Part shown: positions 9,962 to 19,445 of the stretch, piece after piece
How positions within the stretch are numbered: the stretch's first letter is position 1
Layout: each line of letters starts with the position of its first letter
NCBI GenBank assembly: GCA_963775425.1
Contig: CAVZJB010000003.1
Coordinates: forward strand, 416,001 to 480,000
DNA length: 64,000 nt
Reading direction: 5' to 3'
From: an uncultured delta proteobacterium
Lineage (GTDB): Bacteria > Myxococcota > UBA727 > VGSZ01
Notes under the pieces: model-generated
What the model saw: the letters and a program-made list of their open reading frames with translations, nothing else
Databases searched by the model: none
Told to the model about the DNA's origin: nothing
Translations under genes and position numbers: made by a program

Positions 9962-10507
9962 GTGCTGGTGCGGCTTCGCGTCGGTGGCATCACCCTCGAC
10001 CCTCGTGACGGACGGGCCGTGATCCTTCTCGTGGACACGAACGGTGCCGCGTCCCCGCGCGTCTTCCCCCTGTGGGTGAGCGACGACGAGGCCGCGGCGG
10101 TGGCGCGCGCGGTCCAGGGCCGCGGCCACTCGTCCTCGACGGACACGCACGGCCTCCTCGCGGCGACCGTGCGCGCGCTGGGGGCCACGGTGGAGCGCGT
10201 CGAGTTCACGGGCCTGGTGTCGTCGGTGGTGACGGCGTCCGTCGTCCTCGGCGACGCCGACGGCCCGATGTCGCTGCCCGCGCGCCCCTCCGACGCCGTG
10301 GCGCTCGCTTTGAGGAGCGGCGCCGCCATCCTCGTCCCCGAGGAGCTCCTGGCCCACGTCGCCGCGCGCGTCGCCGACGCCGAGGCCCGCACCGGCCCGC
10401 GCAACGCCGCGGCCGCGGAGCCCGTGTACATGTCGCAAGCCGAGCGTTGGAACCAGCTCCTCGCGCACCTGTCGACGCAGCGCTCGCCCAAGCCCTTCGA
10501 GGGCTAG
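9962..10507 (+). CDS. Bifunctional nuclease family protein (DUF151)
   Basis: LDP..AVILL, FPLWV..EA, THGLL and ARPSDAVALALR motifs. GTG start at 9962 chosen from the domain boundary. Confidence 0.85.
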   Translation: MLVRLRVGGITLDPRDGRAVILLVDTNGAASPRVFPLWVSDDEAAAVARAVQGRGHSSSTDTHGLLAATVRALGATVERVEFTGLVSSVVTASVVLGDADGPMSLPARPSDAVALALRSGAAILVPEELLAHVAARVADAEARTGPRNAAAAEPVYMSQAERWNQLLAHLSTQRSPKPFEG

Positions 10508-10511
10508 CAGC

Positions 10512-10877
10512 TCAGCGGGCGGAGGAGGGCGCTCGTCGCCGCAGCCACGCCGCGGCGACGGTGACGGCGAGGGCGGCGCCGAGGGCGTCGGCGACGAGGT
10601 CGAGGCCGCTGCAGCTCCTCCCCGGCACGTAGCTTTGGTGGATCTCGTCGACGACGCCGTAGCCGACGGCCATGAACCACGCCGTCCACGGGTTGCGGGC
10701 GGCGACGAACGCGAGGGTGGCGAGGCCGCCGTAGGCGATGCCGTGGAGCAGCTTGTCGCTGTTCCAGAACTCGAGCACGTCCGGGATGGGCGGGCGGGAC
10801 ATCGACGACACCAGCCAGAAGGCGACGGTGCCCGCGAGGAACGGCAGGGAGCGGACGAGGGAGCCGGCGGCGCGCAT
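10512..10877 (-). CDS. VanZ family membrane protein
   Basis: DKLLHGIAYG, DEIHQSYVPGR and DLVADALG motifs. Confidence 0.88.
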   Translation of the reverse strand: MRAAGSLVRSLPFLAGTVAFWLVSSMSRPPIPDVLEFWNSDKLLHGIAYGGLATLAFVAARNPWTAWFMAVGYGVVDEIHQSYVPGRSCSGLDLVADALGAALAVTVAAAWLRRRAPSSAR

Positions 10878-10892
10878 GGGAAGCGATCGCGC

Positions 10893-11870
10893 TCAGCTCC
10901 CCATGAGCTTGCGGCCGACGATGCGCTTGAGGTCCTGGTGCTCCTGAGAGACGCGCTGCAGCTCTTTTTCCATCTGTGCGACGCGCTCGGTGAGCCGGTG
11001 GTGGAGCACGGCGAGGTTCTGGAACTCCTGAAGCCCGATGGCCTCGCGCGAGGGCATCGGCGCCTGGCCCTCCTCTGCGTTGTTCACCACGGCCGCGATC
11101 TGGTTGGCGAGGCCGGGCGCCGGCGGCTGGGAGATCTGTGACATCGGCGTGCGCGCCGAGAAGCCGCCCGAGCTGGGCGGCCGCGGCAACGACGAGCCCG
11201 AGCTCGGCGTGGGGGCCGGTGCGGGTGTCGCGCGCTGGGTCTGCTGCACGGGCGCGGGCTTCTGCGCGCCGTTGATGCCCGCGAGCCCGCCGTCGCGCAC
11301 GTGCTTGAACACGGTCAGCGTGATGGCCTTGAGAGTCTCGACGACGCCGGTGCCGCGAAACGCGGACGCCGAGAACGTGGGCACGCGGCGCTCGTTCAAC
11401 GCGGCGTCGAGGTCTGCGACGTCGAGGATGTCCGGGAGGTCGCGCTTGTTGTACTGAATGATGAGCGGCATCGTGTAGTAGTCGAGGCCGTTCAGCTTCA
11501 GGTTGCGCTTGAGGTCCATCAAGCTGTCTTTGTTCTGGTCGAGCATGTAGCGCTGGCTGTCGGCGACGAAGACGACGCCGTCGGCGCCCTGCAACACCAT
11601 CTTGCGCGTCTCGCCGTAGTAGGGCTGCCCGGGGACCGTGAAGCTCCTGACGACGAAGTCGAAGCCCGCGATCTTGCCGAGCTTCACGGGCAAGAAGTCG
11701 AAGTAGATGGTGCGGTCCGTCTCCGTGGCGACGGAGACGAGCTCCGTCTTCATCTGCGGGCGCATGAGCTCATGCACCTTCTGCAGATTCGTCGTTTTTC
11801 CGCACATGCCGGGACCGTAGTAGACGATCTTGGCCGTGATTTCCTTGGTCGCCGGGCTGAAGTAGACCAT
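10893..11870 (-). CDS. MglA/SofG-family small GTPase with Pro-rich and coiled-coil C-terminal extension
   Basis: KIVYYGPGMCGKTTN (G1), DRTIYFDF, TVPGQ (G3), GADGVVFVADSQ, NKRD (G4). Start placed at ATG 11870. Confidence 0.9.
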   Translation of the reverse strand: MVYFSPATKEITAKIVYYGPGMCGKTTNLQKVHELMRPQMKTELVSVATETDRTIYFDFLPVKLGKIAGFDFVVRSFTVPGQPYYGETRKMVLQGADGVVFVADSQRYMLDQNKDSLMDLKRNLKLNGLDYYTMPLIIQYNKRDLPDILDVADLDAALNERRVPTFSASAFRGTGVVETLKAITLTVFKHVRDGGLAGINGAQKPAPVQQTQRATPAPAPTPSSGSSLPRPPSSGGFSARTPMSQISQPPAPGLANQIAAVVNNAEEGQAPMPSREAIGLQEFQNLAVLHHRLTERVAQMEKELQRVSQEHQDLKRIVGRKLMGS

Positions 11871-11955
11871 TCCGCCGCGGAGCATATCCGCGGTCCGCCG
11901 GCAAAGAGAACTTTCCGTCGCGCTCTCCGTTTCGAAAGACACACACGGAGAAGCC

Positions 11956-13086
11956 ATGCGACGCCTCGCTATCCCCCTTTTGCTTACATCACTCCTGCCG
12001 ACGCTCGCTCACGCCGAGAGCCTCGTGCCCACTGTCCGAAAGCCGAAGGTGGAGATCGTGTTCGCCCTCGACACCACGGGCTCCATGGGCGGCCTCATCG
12101 ACGGCGCCAAGCGGAAGATCTGGTCCATCGCCAACGAGGTGCAGAAGGCGCAGCAGAAGCCGGAGCTGCGCATCGGCCTCGTCGCCTTCCGCGACCACGG
12201 CGACGAGTACGTGACCCGCACCACGCCGCTCACCACCGACCTCGACAAGATCTACTCGACGCTGATGGCGCTGTCCGCCGACGGCGGCGGTGACACGCCC
12301 GAGGACGTCAACGCCGCCCTCGACGCGGCGGTGAGCCAGATGCACTGGAGCGACGACAAGGACACGCTGAAGATGGTGTTCCTCGTCGGCGACGCGCCGC
12401 CGCACATGGACTACCCGCAGCAGGTGCGTTGGCAGCGCACGGCGCAAAAGGCGGTGCGCCGGAACATCTACATCAACACCGTGCAGTGCGGCGCCGACGC
12501 CGAGACGCGCACGGCCTGGAAGGGCATCGCGCACGCCGCCGAGGGCCGCTACGCGGCGATCGCGCAAGACGGCGGCGTCGCCGTCGCCGTCGCCACGCCG
12601 TATGACGACGAGCTCAAGCGCCTCGCCACCGAGCTCGACGGCACCTACCTCGAGTACGGCTCGCGCTCGTTCCGCAGCGAGCGCTCGGCCACCCGCACGC
12701 ACGCGGCCGCGCTGGCGGCCCGGGAAGCCCCGGCGCCGGTGGCCGCGGATCGCGCGGTGGCCAAGGCGGCGGCCGCGCCCCGCGCCGCCGAGGACCTCGT
12801 CGATCTCGCCAAGGACAAGGGCGGCGCGGGCGCCGCGCTCGGCGCGGTCTCGAGCGCCGAGCTCCCCGACGAGCTCAAGGGCAAGAGCGCCGACGAGCAA
12901 CAGAAGATCATCCGCGACCTCGCCGCGAGGCGCGCGAAGATCACGTCCCGCATCGCGGAGCTGAACAAGAAGCGCGCCGCGCACCTCGAAAAGACCAAGA
13001 AGCCCGCGCCCGCCGACGCCTTCGACGACGAGATCGTCGACACCCTCCACACCGAGGCCGCCGCCAGCGGGGTGCTCACCTACTGA
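11956..13086 (+). CDS. Secreted VWA-domain protein
   Basis: Signal peptide; MIDAS DTTGSM; GLVAFRD, GGGDTPE and LVGDAPPH motifs. Confidence 0.88.
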   Translation: MRRLAIPLLLTSLLPTLAHAESLVPTVRKPKVEIVFALDTTGSMGGLIDGAKRKIWSIANEVQKAQQKPELRIGLVAFRDHGDEYVTRTTPLTTDLDKIYSTLMALSADGGGDTPEDVNAALDAAVSQMHWSDDKDTLKMVFLVGDAPPHMDYPQQVRWQRTAQKAVRRNIYINTVQCGADAETRTAWKGIAHAAEGRYAAIAQDGGVAVAVATPYDDELKRLATELDGTYLEYGSRSFRSERSATRTHAAALAAREAPAPVAADRAVAKAAAAPRAAEDLVDLAKDKGGAGAALGAVSSAELPDELKGKSADEQQKIIRDLAARRAKITSRIAELNKKRAAHLEKTKKPAPADAFDDEIVDTLHTEAAASGVLTY

Positions 13087-13114
13087 GCGCCGCGCCCGTC
13101 TATGCCCGGCCCGG

Positions 13115-14506
13115 TCAACCCGTGGCCGTCGCCGCGGGGGGCGCGCCGGCTTCGGGCGCCACGGAGGCGGCGGCGGGGAGGCGGACGCGGAACACCGTGC
13201 CGCCACCGGTGTTGTCGTCGACGACGATGCTCCCGCCGTAGGCGTCGACCACGCGGCGGACTGTGGCGAGGCCGATGCCGGTGCCCGGCGTGGCGGCGCC
13301 GGGCACCCGGAAGAACGGCTCGAAGATCCGATCGCGCGCGGAGACGGGGATGCCGGGGCCGGTGTCGGCGACGAACAGCTCGATCTCGTCCCCGGCGCGG
13401 CGCCCGCCGACCCGCACCTGCCGCACGTCGTGCCCGGCCACGAACTTCACGGCGTTGCCGACGAGGTTCAACAGCAGCACGTGAAGGAGCGCCGGCGTGC
13501 ACCCCGCCGCGAGCTCGCCGTCGACGTCGACGGTGATGGCGGCGTCGGCGCGCTCGCGGACCGGCTCCACCTCCTCGAGCACGGCCTTCATCACCTCGTC
13601 GACGTGGGCGCGCGCGGGGCCGGACGGGGTGCCGGCGCGCGCGAACGCGAGCAAGCCCTCGAGCAGGTCGACGGCGCGCCGGCTCGAACGCTCGATGCGG
13701 TCGGCGAGCGTGGGAAGCCGTGAGCCCGCGTCGGGCTTTCGCAGCATCGGGACCACGAGCTGCAACGGCGAAAGCGCGTTTTTCAAGTCGTGGGCCACGC
13801 GGCCGGCGAACGCCTCGAGATCGCGGTTGGCCTGCTCGATGCGCCCGATGTGCTCCGCGACGCGCCGGCGCTGTTGTCCGAGGAGGCGGAACACACCGCC
13901 GGCGATGAGGAGCGTGGCGAGGAAGAGCGCGGCGAACGTGAGGGCCTCCACGCGCCGGTACGCGATCATCTCGTGCTCGGACTCGTTGAGCGCGCGGGCG
14001 ACCGTGGTGTCGCCGCGCTCGGCGAAGGCGTCCATCTGATCCGCGAGCTCGTCGGCGGCGCTGCCGACGGCGTCGAGCGTGCGCTCGGCGTCATCGCGCC
14101 GGCCGGCGCCGATCTCGGAGAGCGCTCGCGCGAGCACGCCGCGCAGCGCGGCCACCCGCGGCGCGAGCGACCTCCAGTCCTGCGCCTCCTCGGGCGTCAT
14201 GGAGGCCGGCAGCGCCGCGAGGTCGGCGTCGAGGCGCGCGTTCAGCTCATCGACGGATGTCACGAGCGAGCCGACGGAGTCGTCGGGCTCGGTGAGGATC
14301 TCGAGGGTCTGCGCGCGGACGCGGGCGAGCCCGCGGCCGATGTGGCCGATGACGAACGCGGAGCGCGACGCCCGTTCGGTGAGGGAGCGCGTGCTCTCCT
14401 GCAGTTGGTGGCTGTCGTAGGACGAGTACGCCCACACCCCGGCGATCAACACCAGGACGATGGCGAAGCCGAACAGAAGTGTCGCGCCCTCGTGGTTGCG
14501 TCGCAT
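13115..14506 (-). CDS. Membrane sensor histidine kinase (four-helix periplasmic sensor, HisKA, HATPase)
   Basis: Two TM segments; H-box VAHDLKNAL; NLVGNAVKF; DTGPGI; FEPFF; GTGIGL. Start MRRNHEG at 14506. Confidence 0.9.
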   Translation of the reverse strand: MRRNHEGATLLFGFAIVLVLIAGVWAYSSYDSHQLQESTRSLTERASRSAFVIGHIGRGLARVRAQTLEILTEPDDSVGSLVTSVDELNARLDADLAALPASMTPEEAQDWRSLAPRVAALRGVLARALSEIGAGRRDDAERTLDAVGSAADELADQMDAFAERGDTTVARALNESEHEMIAYRRVEALTFAALFLATLLIAGGVFRLLGQQRRRVAEHIGRIEQANRDLEAFAGRVAHDLKNALSPLQLVVPMLRKPDAGSRLPTLADRIERSSRRAVDLLEGLLAFARAGTPSGPARAHVDEVMKAVLEEVEPVRERADAAITVDVDGELAAGCTPALLHVLLLNLVGNAVKFVAGHDVRQVRVGGRRAGDEIELFVADTGPGIPVSARDRIFEPFFRVPGAATPGTGIGLATVRRVVDAYGGSIVVDDNTGGGTVFRVRLPAAASVAPEAGAPPAATATG

Positions 14507-14557
14507 GACTCGCCGCTCCCCGCCCCTGGGATGTATTCGGTCTATGCTCCCGGCGCT

Positions 14558-16759
14558 ATGGCCGACGTTGTCGCGCTCCCCCGTGGGGGCCTGTGGGTGG
14601 ACACACCGGCGGGACCCATCCAGCTCGGCGCTCCCGCCGAGACCATCAAGGACACCTTGCAGCGGGAGGGCGGCGTGCCCCGCACGGTGATCCTCCCGAG
14701 GACGTTGGTCGACGTCCGCCGCGGCCGCTCCCTCGCCGACGTCGAGTTCCCCATCTACTTCAACCTGTTCGCCAGGAGCCGGCCCCTCACGGTCGTCGGC
14801 ACGCCCGCGCAGGAGGAGCGCATCCGCGCGGCGATCCAGGAGAGTCTCCTGGGCCCGGAAGAGCTCGACGTCGCCCAGGACGTGGTGGAGGGCGCGCGCG
14901 TCCCCGACCTGCGACGCGAGCAGGCGCACTTCCGCAAAGGCCGGTACACGAGCGGGCGGCTCGAGCTGGAGGACGCGCTCGACTTCCGCGCGTTTCATGG
15001 CGAGCCCATCGACCTCGGCTCGGGCGTCGTGCTCACCGCCGACGACGACGGCTGGGTCGTGCGCGTGAACGACGCCGAGCACGCGCGCTTGCCGGCGCAG
15101 CCGCCGGCGCTGCCGGCGCGGCCGGTGCAGCCGTCGGTGCGGCCGCCGTTCGTTCCGCCGCGCTTCGGCGTCACCGTGCTCGGGCGCAGCCACGGCTTCG
15201 ACCCGGATCCCAACGAACGCACCAGCGGTTTCGTCCTCTGGGTCGGCGGGCGCGGGCTCATGGTGGACCCGCCCGTGCGGTCCACGGAGATCCTCGCCGC
15301 CGCCGACGTCGACCTCAAGCTCATCGACGGCGTGCTCTTGACGCACTGCCACGCCGACCACGACGCAGGCACGCTCGAGAAGGCGGTGGAGGCCGGCAGG
15401 GTCACGCTCTACACCACGCCGACAATCTTCCACTCGTACCAGCGCAAGTGGTCGGCGCTGTCGGGCATCCCGGCCGACGAGCTCACCAGGCTCTTCGACT
15501 TCCGCCCCGTGAAGATCGGCGCGCCGTTCGACATCCACGGCGCCAAGTTCCTCTTCCGCTTCACGCTGCACTCCATCCCCACCATCGCCTTCGAGGCGCA
15601 CCTCGACGGGCGCAGCTTCAACTACTCGAGCGATACGCTGAACGACCCGCGACAGATCGAGGGCATCTTCGCGGCGGGGCACATGGAGCGGGAGCGGCGC
15701 GACGAGCTCCTGCACTTCAACTGGCGCCACGACCTCATCTTCCACGAGGCCGGCGTGCCGCCGCTGCACACGCCGCTCGCGTGCCTCGAGGCGCTGCCCG
15801 TCGACGTGCGTGCGCGGACGTATGTCCTGCACACCACGCCGTCGCGCTTGTCGCCGACCTCGGGCCTGCAGCTCGCGCCCACCGGCACCATCGATCTGCG
15901 GGTGGAGGCGCCGGCGGAGTCGCGCGTCATCCGCAACCTCGCGCTGCTCGGGCGCGCGCGGCTGTTCTCGACGCTGCCGCTGGAGCGGGCGGCGGAGCTG
16001 CTGGCCGCGTCCAAGGAGATCAAGGTGCCGGCGGGCCGGCGCTTCATCGTGGCCGGCGACGAGCTCACGGAGCGCGGCGGCGACACGCTCTACGTCGTCA
16101 CCGGCGGGCGCGCGTCGGTGCGCCGCGGTGATCGCGAGCTCAAGGTGTACGGCCTCGGCGACTACCTCGGCGAGACGGCGGTCTTCCTCGGGCGGCCGCG
16201 CAACGCCGACGTCGTCGCGCTCACCGATCTCGAGCTCCTCGCCGTGGACGGGGCCACGGCGCGGCGCGCCTGCGACGGCACCGACATCCCCGATCTGGTG
16301 AAGCGCCACGCCAAGGTGCGCGAGTGGGACGCGTGGAGCGTGCTCGAGGAGACCGAGCTGTTCGCGGGGCTCACCACCACCCAGAAGAACGAGCTCGAGA
16401 CCTTCCTTCACCCGACGAGCCTGCGCCACGGGAGCGTCGTCGTGCGCGACGGCGCGCGGGCGCGCGACCTCTTCCTCGTCCACAGCGGGCAGGTGGACAG
16501 CACGGGCGACGGCGCCGGCGTCCTCGAGCGCGGCGCCGTCGTCGGCGACGCCCAGGCGGTGCTGTCGGGCGCCATCCAGCCCAGGGGCGGCAAGGCGCGC
16601 GGGCCCGTGCGCGGCTTCCGGATCGGCAAGAGCGATCTCGCCGGGTTCCTCGACCGAAACCCCTCGATCATGGTGCGCGTGCAGCCCTGGAGCGCGCCCG
16701 ACGCCACGTCGTCGCCGGCGGCGTGGTCGCTCATGCAGATGCTCGAGGACTACCTCTGA
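14558..16759 (+). CDS. Metallo-beta-lactamase-fold cyclic nucleotide phosphodiesterase with two cNMP-binding domains
   Basis: EFPIYFNLF, LGRSHGFDP, LMVDPP, THCHADHDAG, LHSIPT and HEAGVPPLHTP motifs; C-terminal GE...RNADV cNMP domains. Confidence 0.85.
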   Translation: MADVVALPRGGLWVDTPAGPIQLGAPAETIKDTLQREGGVPRTVILPRTLVDVRRGRSLADVEFPIYFNLFARSRPLTVVGTPAQEERIRAAIQESLLGPEELDVAQDVVEGARVPDLRREQAHFRKGRYTSGRLELEDALDFRAFHGEPIDLGSGVVLTADDDGWVVRVNDAEHARLPAQPPALPARPVQPSVRPPFVPPRFGVTVLGRSHGFDPDPNERTSGFVLWVGGRGLMVDPPVRSTEILAAADVDLKLIDGVLLTHCHADHDAGTLEKAVEAGRVTLYTTPTIFHSYQRKWSALSGIPADELTRLFDFRPVKIGAPFDIHGAKFLFRFTLHSIPTIAFEAHLDGRSFNYSSDTLNDPRQIEGIFAAGHMERERRDELLHFNWRHDLIFHEAGVPPLHTPLACLEALPVDVRARTYVLHTTPSRLSPTSGLQLAPTGTIDLRVEAPAESRVIRNLALLGRARLFSTLPLERAAELLAASKEIKVPAGRRFIVAGDELTERGGDTLYVVTGGRASVRRGDRELKVYGLGDYLGETAVFLGRPRNADVVALTDLELLAVDGATARRACDGTDIPDLVKRHAKVREWDAWSVLEETELFAGLTTTQKNELETFLHPTSLRHGSVVVRDGARARDLFLVHSGQVDSTGDGAGVLERGAVVGDAQAVLSGAIQPRGGKARGPVRGFRIGKSDLAGFLDRNPSIMVRVQPWSAPDATSSPAAWSLMQMLEDYL

Positions 16760-16775
16760 CCCCCCGGCTCGCGGG

Positions 16776-16899
16776 GCGCGCCTGCGGCGTCTTGCGCGCC
16801 TGCGGCGTCTTGCGCGCCTGCGGCGTCTCGCGCGCCTGCGGCGTCTTGCGCGCCTGCGGCGTCTTGCGCGCCTGCGTCGTCTTGCGCGCCTGCGTCGTC
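16776..16899. repeat. Intergenic 18-bp tandem repeat GCGCGCCTGCGGCGTCTT x7
   Basis: Copies start at 16776, 16794, 16812, 16830, 16848, 16866 and 16884, with a few substitutions. Confidence 0.92.
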
Positions 16900-16934
16900 G
16901 TCGTGCAGGGCGCCCCCGTGGCGCGCGCGTCGCC

Positions 16935-17624
16935 GTGAGCCGCTTTCGCGTCGTCTACGACGATCGCGACGTCGTCGTCGTGGACAAAGCGCCAGGGGTG
17001 CTGACTGTGCCCACCGCGAAGCGGGAGCGCAGCACGCTCGTGGACATGCTCTCGGCGCACCTGCGCCGCGAGGTCTTCGTCGTGCACCGGCTCGACCGCG
17101 ACACCTCCGGGCTGCTCGTCTTCGCCAAGGACCGCCGCGCCGCCCGCGCCCTCGCCGACACGTGGGCCGAGCACGAGCGCCTCTATGACGCCCTCGTACA
17201 CGGCGTCGTCCGCGTCGACGCCGGCGTCGTCGAGTCACGCCTGATCACCGGCAAGAACCTCGACCGCCGCTCGACGCGCGATCCGCGAGCGTCGGGGGCG
17301 CCGGCGTTCGATCGAGGCGAGCGGGCCGTCACGCGCTATCGCGTCGTCGAGCGGGTGCGCGCCGCCACGCTCGTCGAGTGCGCCCTCGAGACCGGCCGGC
17401 GAAACCGAATCCGCGTGCACATGAAGGACCTCGGGCACCGGCTCCTCGGCGACGCCCGCTACGCCCGCGACGTCCGCCCGCACCCGCTCTGGCGCGGGGG
17501 CCTCGCGCTGCACGCGCGCGTGCTCGCGTTCATCCACCCCGTCACCGGCGCGCGGCTGCGCTTCGACGCGGGCATGCGCGCGGACTTCGCGGCGTTCCTC
17601 GCCGCCGCGCGCCGCTCGACGTGA
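16935..17624 (+). CDS. RluA-family pseudouridine synthase
   Basis: VVDKAPG, catalytic VHRLDRDTSGL, ETGR..RIRVH, GD..Y and LHA motifs. Confidence 0.88.
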   Translation: MSRFRVVYDDRDVVVVDKAPGVLTVPTAKRERSTLVDMLSAHLRREVFVVHRLDRDTSGLLVFAKDRRAARALADTWAEHERLYDALVHGVVRVDAGVVESRLITGKNLDRRSTRDPRASGAPAFDRGERAVTRYRVVERVRAATLVECALETGRRNRIRVHMKDLGHRLLGDARYARDVRPHPLWRGGLALHARVLAFIHPVTGARLRFDAGMRADFAAFLAAARRST

Positions 17625-17636
17625 TAGACCGCGAGC

Positions 17637-19445
17637 GTGCTCGCACGACTCGCGTTGGCTCTCGCGCGCGGAATGGCGCCGGACACCGTCCGCTCCCTCG
17701 CCGACGTCGTCTTCGTCCGCACCAGGAAGGAGCTCGCGCGCGCCGCCGCCGACCCCCGCGCGGCCCAGGAGCGGCGCCTGCGCGCCATCCTCGACGCCGC
17801 CGCCGACACCGAGGTCGGCCGGCGCTACGGCTTTCGCGACCTCGCCGGCCTCGACGAGTACCGCGCTCGCGTGCCGCTCTCCACGTGGGACGACGTCGAG
17901 CCGTACGTGAACCGGATGCTTGCGGGCGAGCGCGGGCTCATCGTGGCGGAAGACCCGTACTTCTACGCCACCACGTCGGGCACCACCGGCAGGCGCAAGC
18001 TCATCCCGGTGACCTCGTCGTTCGTGGAGGAGTGCCGCGTCACCAACAAGGTGCTGTACCGCACCACGCTGCAGAGCCTGCCGCAACTGTTGAAGGGCAA
18101 GCGGCTCAGCATGCGCTCGCCGAAGACCGAGCGCTTGAACGAGCGCGCCGTCGCCGGCTCCATCACCGTCGCCCTCGGCGGCTTCGGCGAAGAGGACGGC
18201 CTCCTCGACGCCGTCCCCGCCGACGTCTTCTTCGTCGACGACTTCGAGGCGAAGTACTTCCTCGCGCTGCGCTTCGCCCTCGAGCAGAACGTCACGGTGT
18301 GCTCCGCCGTGAACCCGTCCACGCTCCTGTTGTTCGCGCGTGCGCTGGCCGAGCGCGGCGACGAGCTGGCGCTGGCGCTCGAAAACGGCGTCGTCGGCGT
18401 CGACCTCAAGGGCATCGTCGACGACGCACGCCGGGAGCGGCTCGAGTCGCGCGCGAGCACCGACGAGGAGGCGGCGGCGCGCATCCGCAAGAGCACGGAG
18501 GCGCACAAGCGGGCGCGCATGCGCGACGTCTTCCCGCAGCTCGCGGGCCTCGTGTGCTGGAAGGGCGGGAGCGCGCCCTGGTACCTCGACAAGCTCAAGG
18601 AGAGCTACGGCGACGTGCCCGTCCTGGACTACGGCTACTGCGCCTCCGAGGGCATGTTCGGCGCGCCGCTGTCGACGGAGGGCGCCGCCAGCGTGTTGTT
18701 GCCGCACGGCCACGTCGTCGAGCTCCTCCCCGTGGACGCCACCCCGGCGCCGTCGCAGCCAAGGACGGTGCTCCTCGACGAGGCGGAGCTCGGCAAGCGC
18801 TACTTCGTGGTGGTGACGACAGGCGCGGGGCTGTACCGCTACCAGATGAACGACGTCGTCGAGATCGTCGGCCGCTTCGACAACGCGCCGCTCGCGGTGT
18901 TCCTGCACAAGGGCGGGGCCATGGCGTCGGTGACCGGGGAGAAGCTCTCCGAGAGCCACGTGGTGAACGCCATGGCCACGGCCACCCGCGGCACCGGCGT
19001 GTCTCCCCAGGGCTTCGTCGCCGCTCCCGTCCTGCCCGAGGGCGAGGCGTCGCCGTACTACCTGCTCGCCGTCGACGGTGACGACGTCGACGAGGCCGGG
19101 CTCCTCGCGCTCGCGCGCGCGTTCGACGAGGCCCTGCGCCGGGAGAACGAGGAGTACGACGCCAAGCGCAAGAGCCTGCGCCTCGACGCCGTCGTCGCCG
19201 CGCGCCTGCCGGCGGCCGCGATCGCGCGCTTCCGCGAGCGCCGCGTGCAGGGCGGCGCCCCCGACGCGCACGTCAAGGTGCCGCACGTGAGCGCCGACGG
19301 CGCGCTCCTGCTCGAGCTCGGCCTCGACGAGACCGCGCCGGCGCTCGCCGCGCGCCTGCCGTGCCGGGCGCGGCCCGCCGCCCCCGCCGCGGTGACGGAC
19401 GCGGTGACGGGCACGACGACGGACGCGCCCGGCGCGGCGCCATGA
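17637..19445 (+). CDS. GH3-family acyl-adenylate/amido synthetase
   Basis: TTSGTTG..KLIP, YGYCASEG, GLYRYQMNDVV and GEKLSE motifs. Confidence 0.88.
   Translation: MLARLALALARGMAPDTVRSLADVVFVRTRKELARAAADPRAAQERRLRAILDAAADTEVGRRYGFRDLAGLDEYRARVPLSTWDDVEPYVNRMLAGERGLIVAEDPYFYATTSGTTGRRKLIPVTSSFVEECRVTNKVLYRTTLQSLPQLLKGKRLSMRSPKTERLNERAVAGSITVALGGFGEEDGLLDAVPADVFFVDDFEAKYFLALRFALEQNVTVCSAVNPSTLLLFARALAERGDELALALENGVVGVDLKGIVDDARRERLESRASTDEEAAARIRKSTEAHKRARMRDVFPQLAGLVCWKGGSAPWYLDKLKESYGDVPVLDYGYCASEGMFGAPLSTEGAASVLLPHGHVVELLPVDATPAPSQPRTVLLDEAELGKRYFVVVTTGAGLYRYQMNDVVEIVGRFDNAPLAVFLHKGGAMASVTGEKLSESHVVNAMATATRGTGVSPQGFVAAPVLPEGEASPYYLLAVDGDDVDEAGLLALARAFDEALRRENEEYDAKRKSLRLDAVVAARLPAAAIARFRERRVQGGAPDAHVKVPHVSADGALLLELGLDETAPALAARLPCRARPAAPAAVTDAVTGTTTDAPGAAP

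Noticed and set aside
13115-16483. Apparent giant fusions from upstream ORF extensions (also 55699-60360, 31247-34363, 13790-16759)
   Set aside because: The extensions overlap genuine genes in other frames or strands; the real starts are 14506, 57750, 32572 and 14558.
16731-17238. ORFs encoding RKTPQA or AQDAAG repeats
   Set aside because: These are translations of the intergenic VNTR that overlap rluA antisense; no independent coding evidence.
17385-17460. RluA motif deviations (RRNRIRVH, GHRLLGD) as a sign of pseudogenisation
   Set aside because: The frame and catalytic HRLD are intact; point differences or sequencing noise cannot be distinguished by eye.
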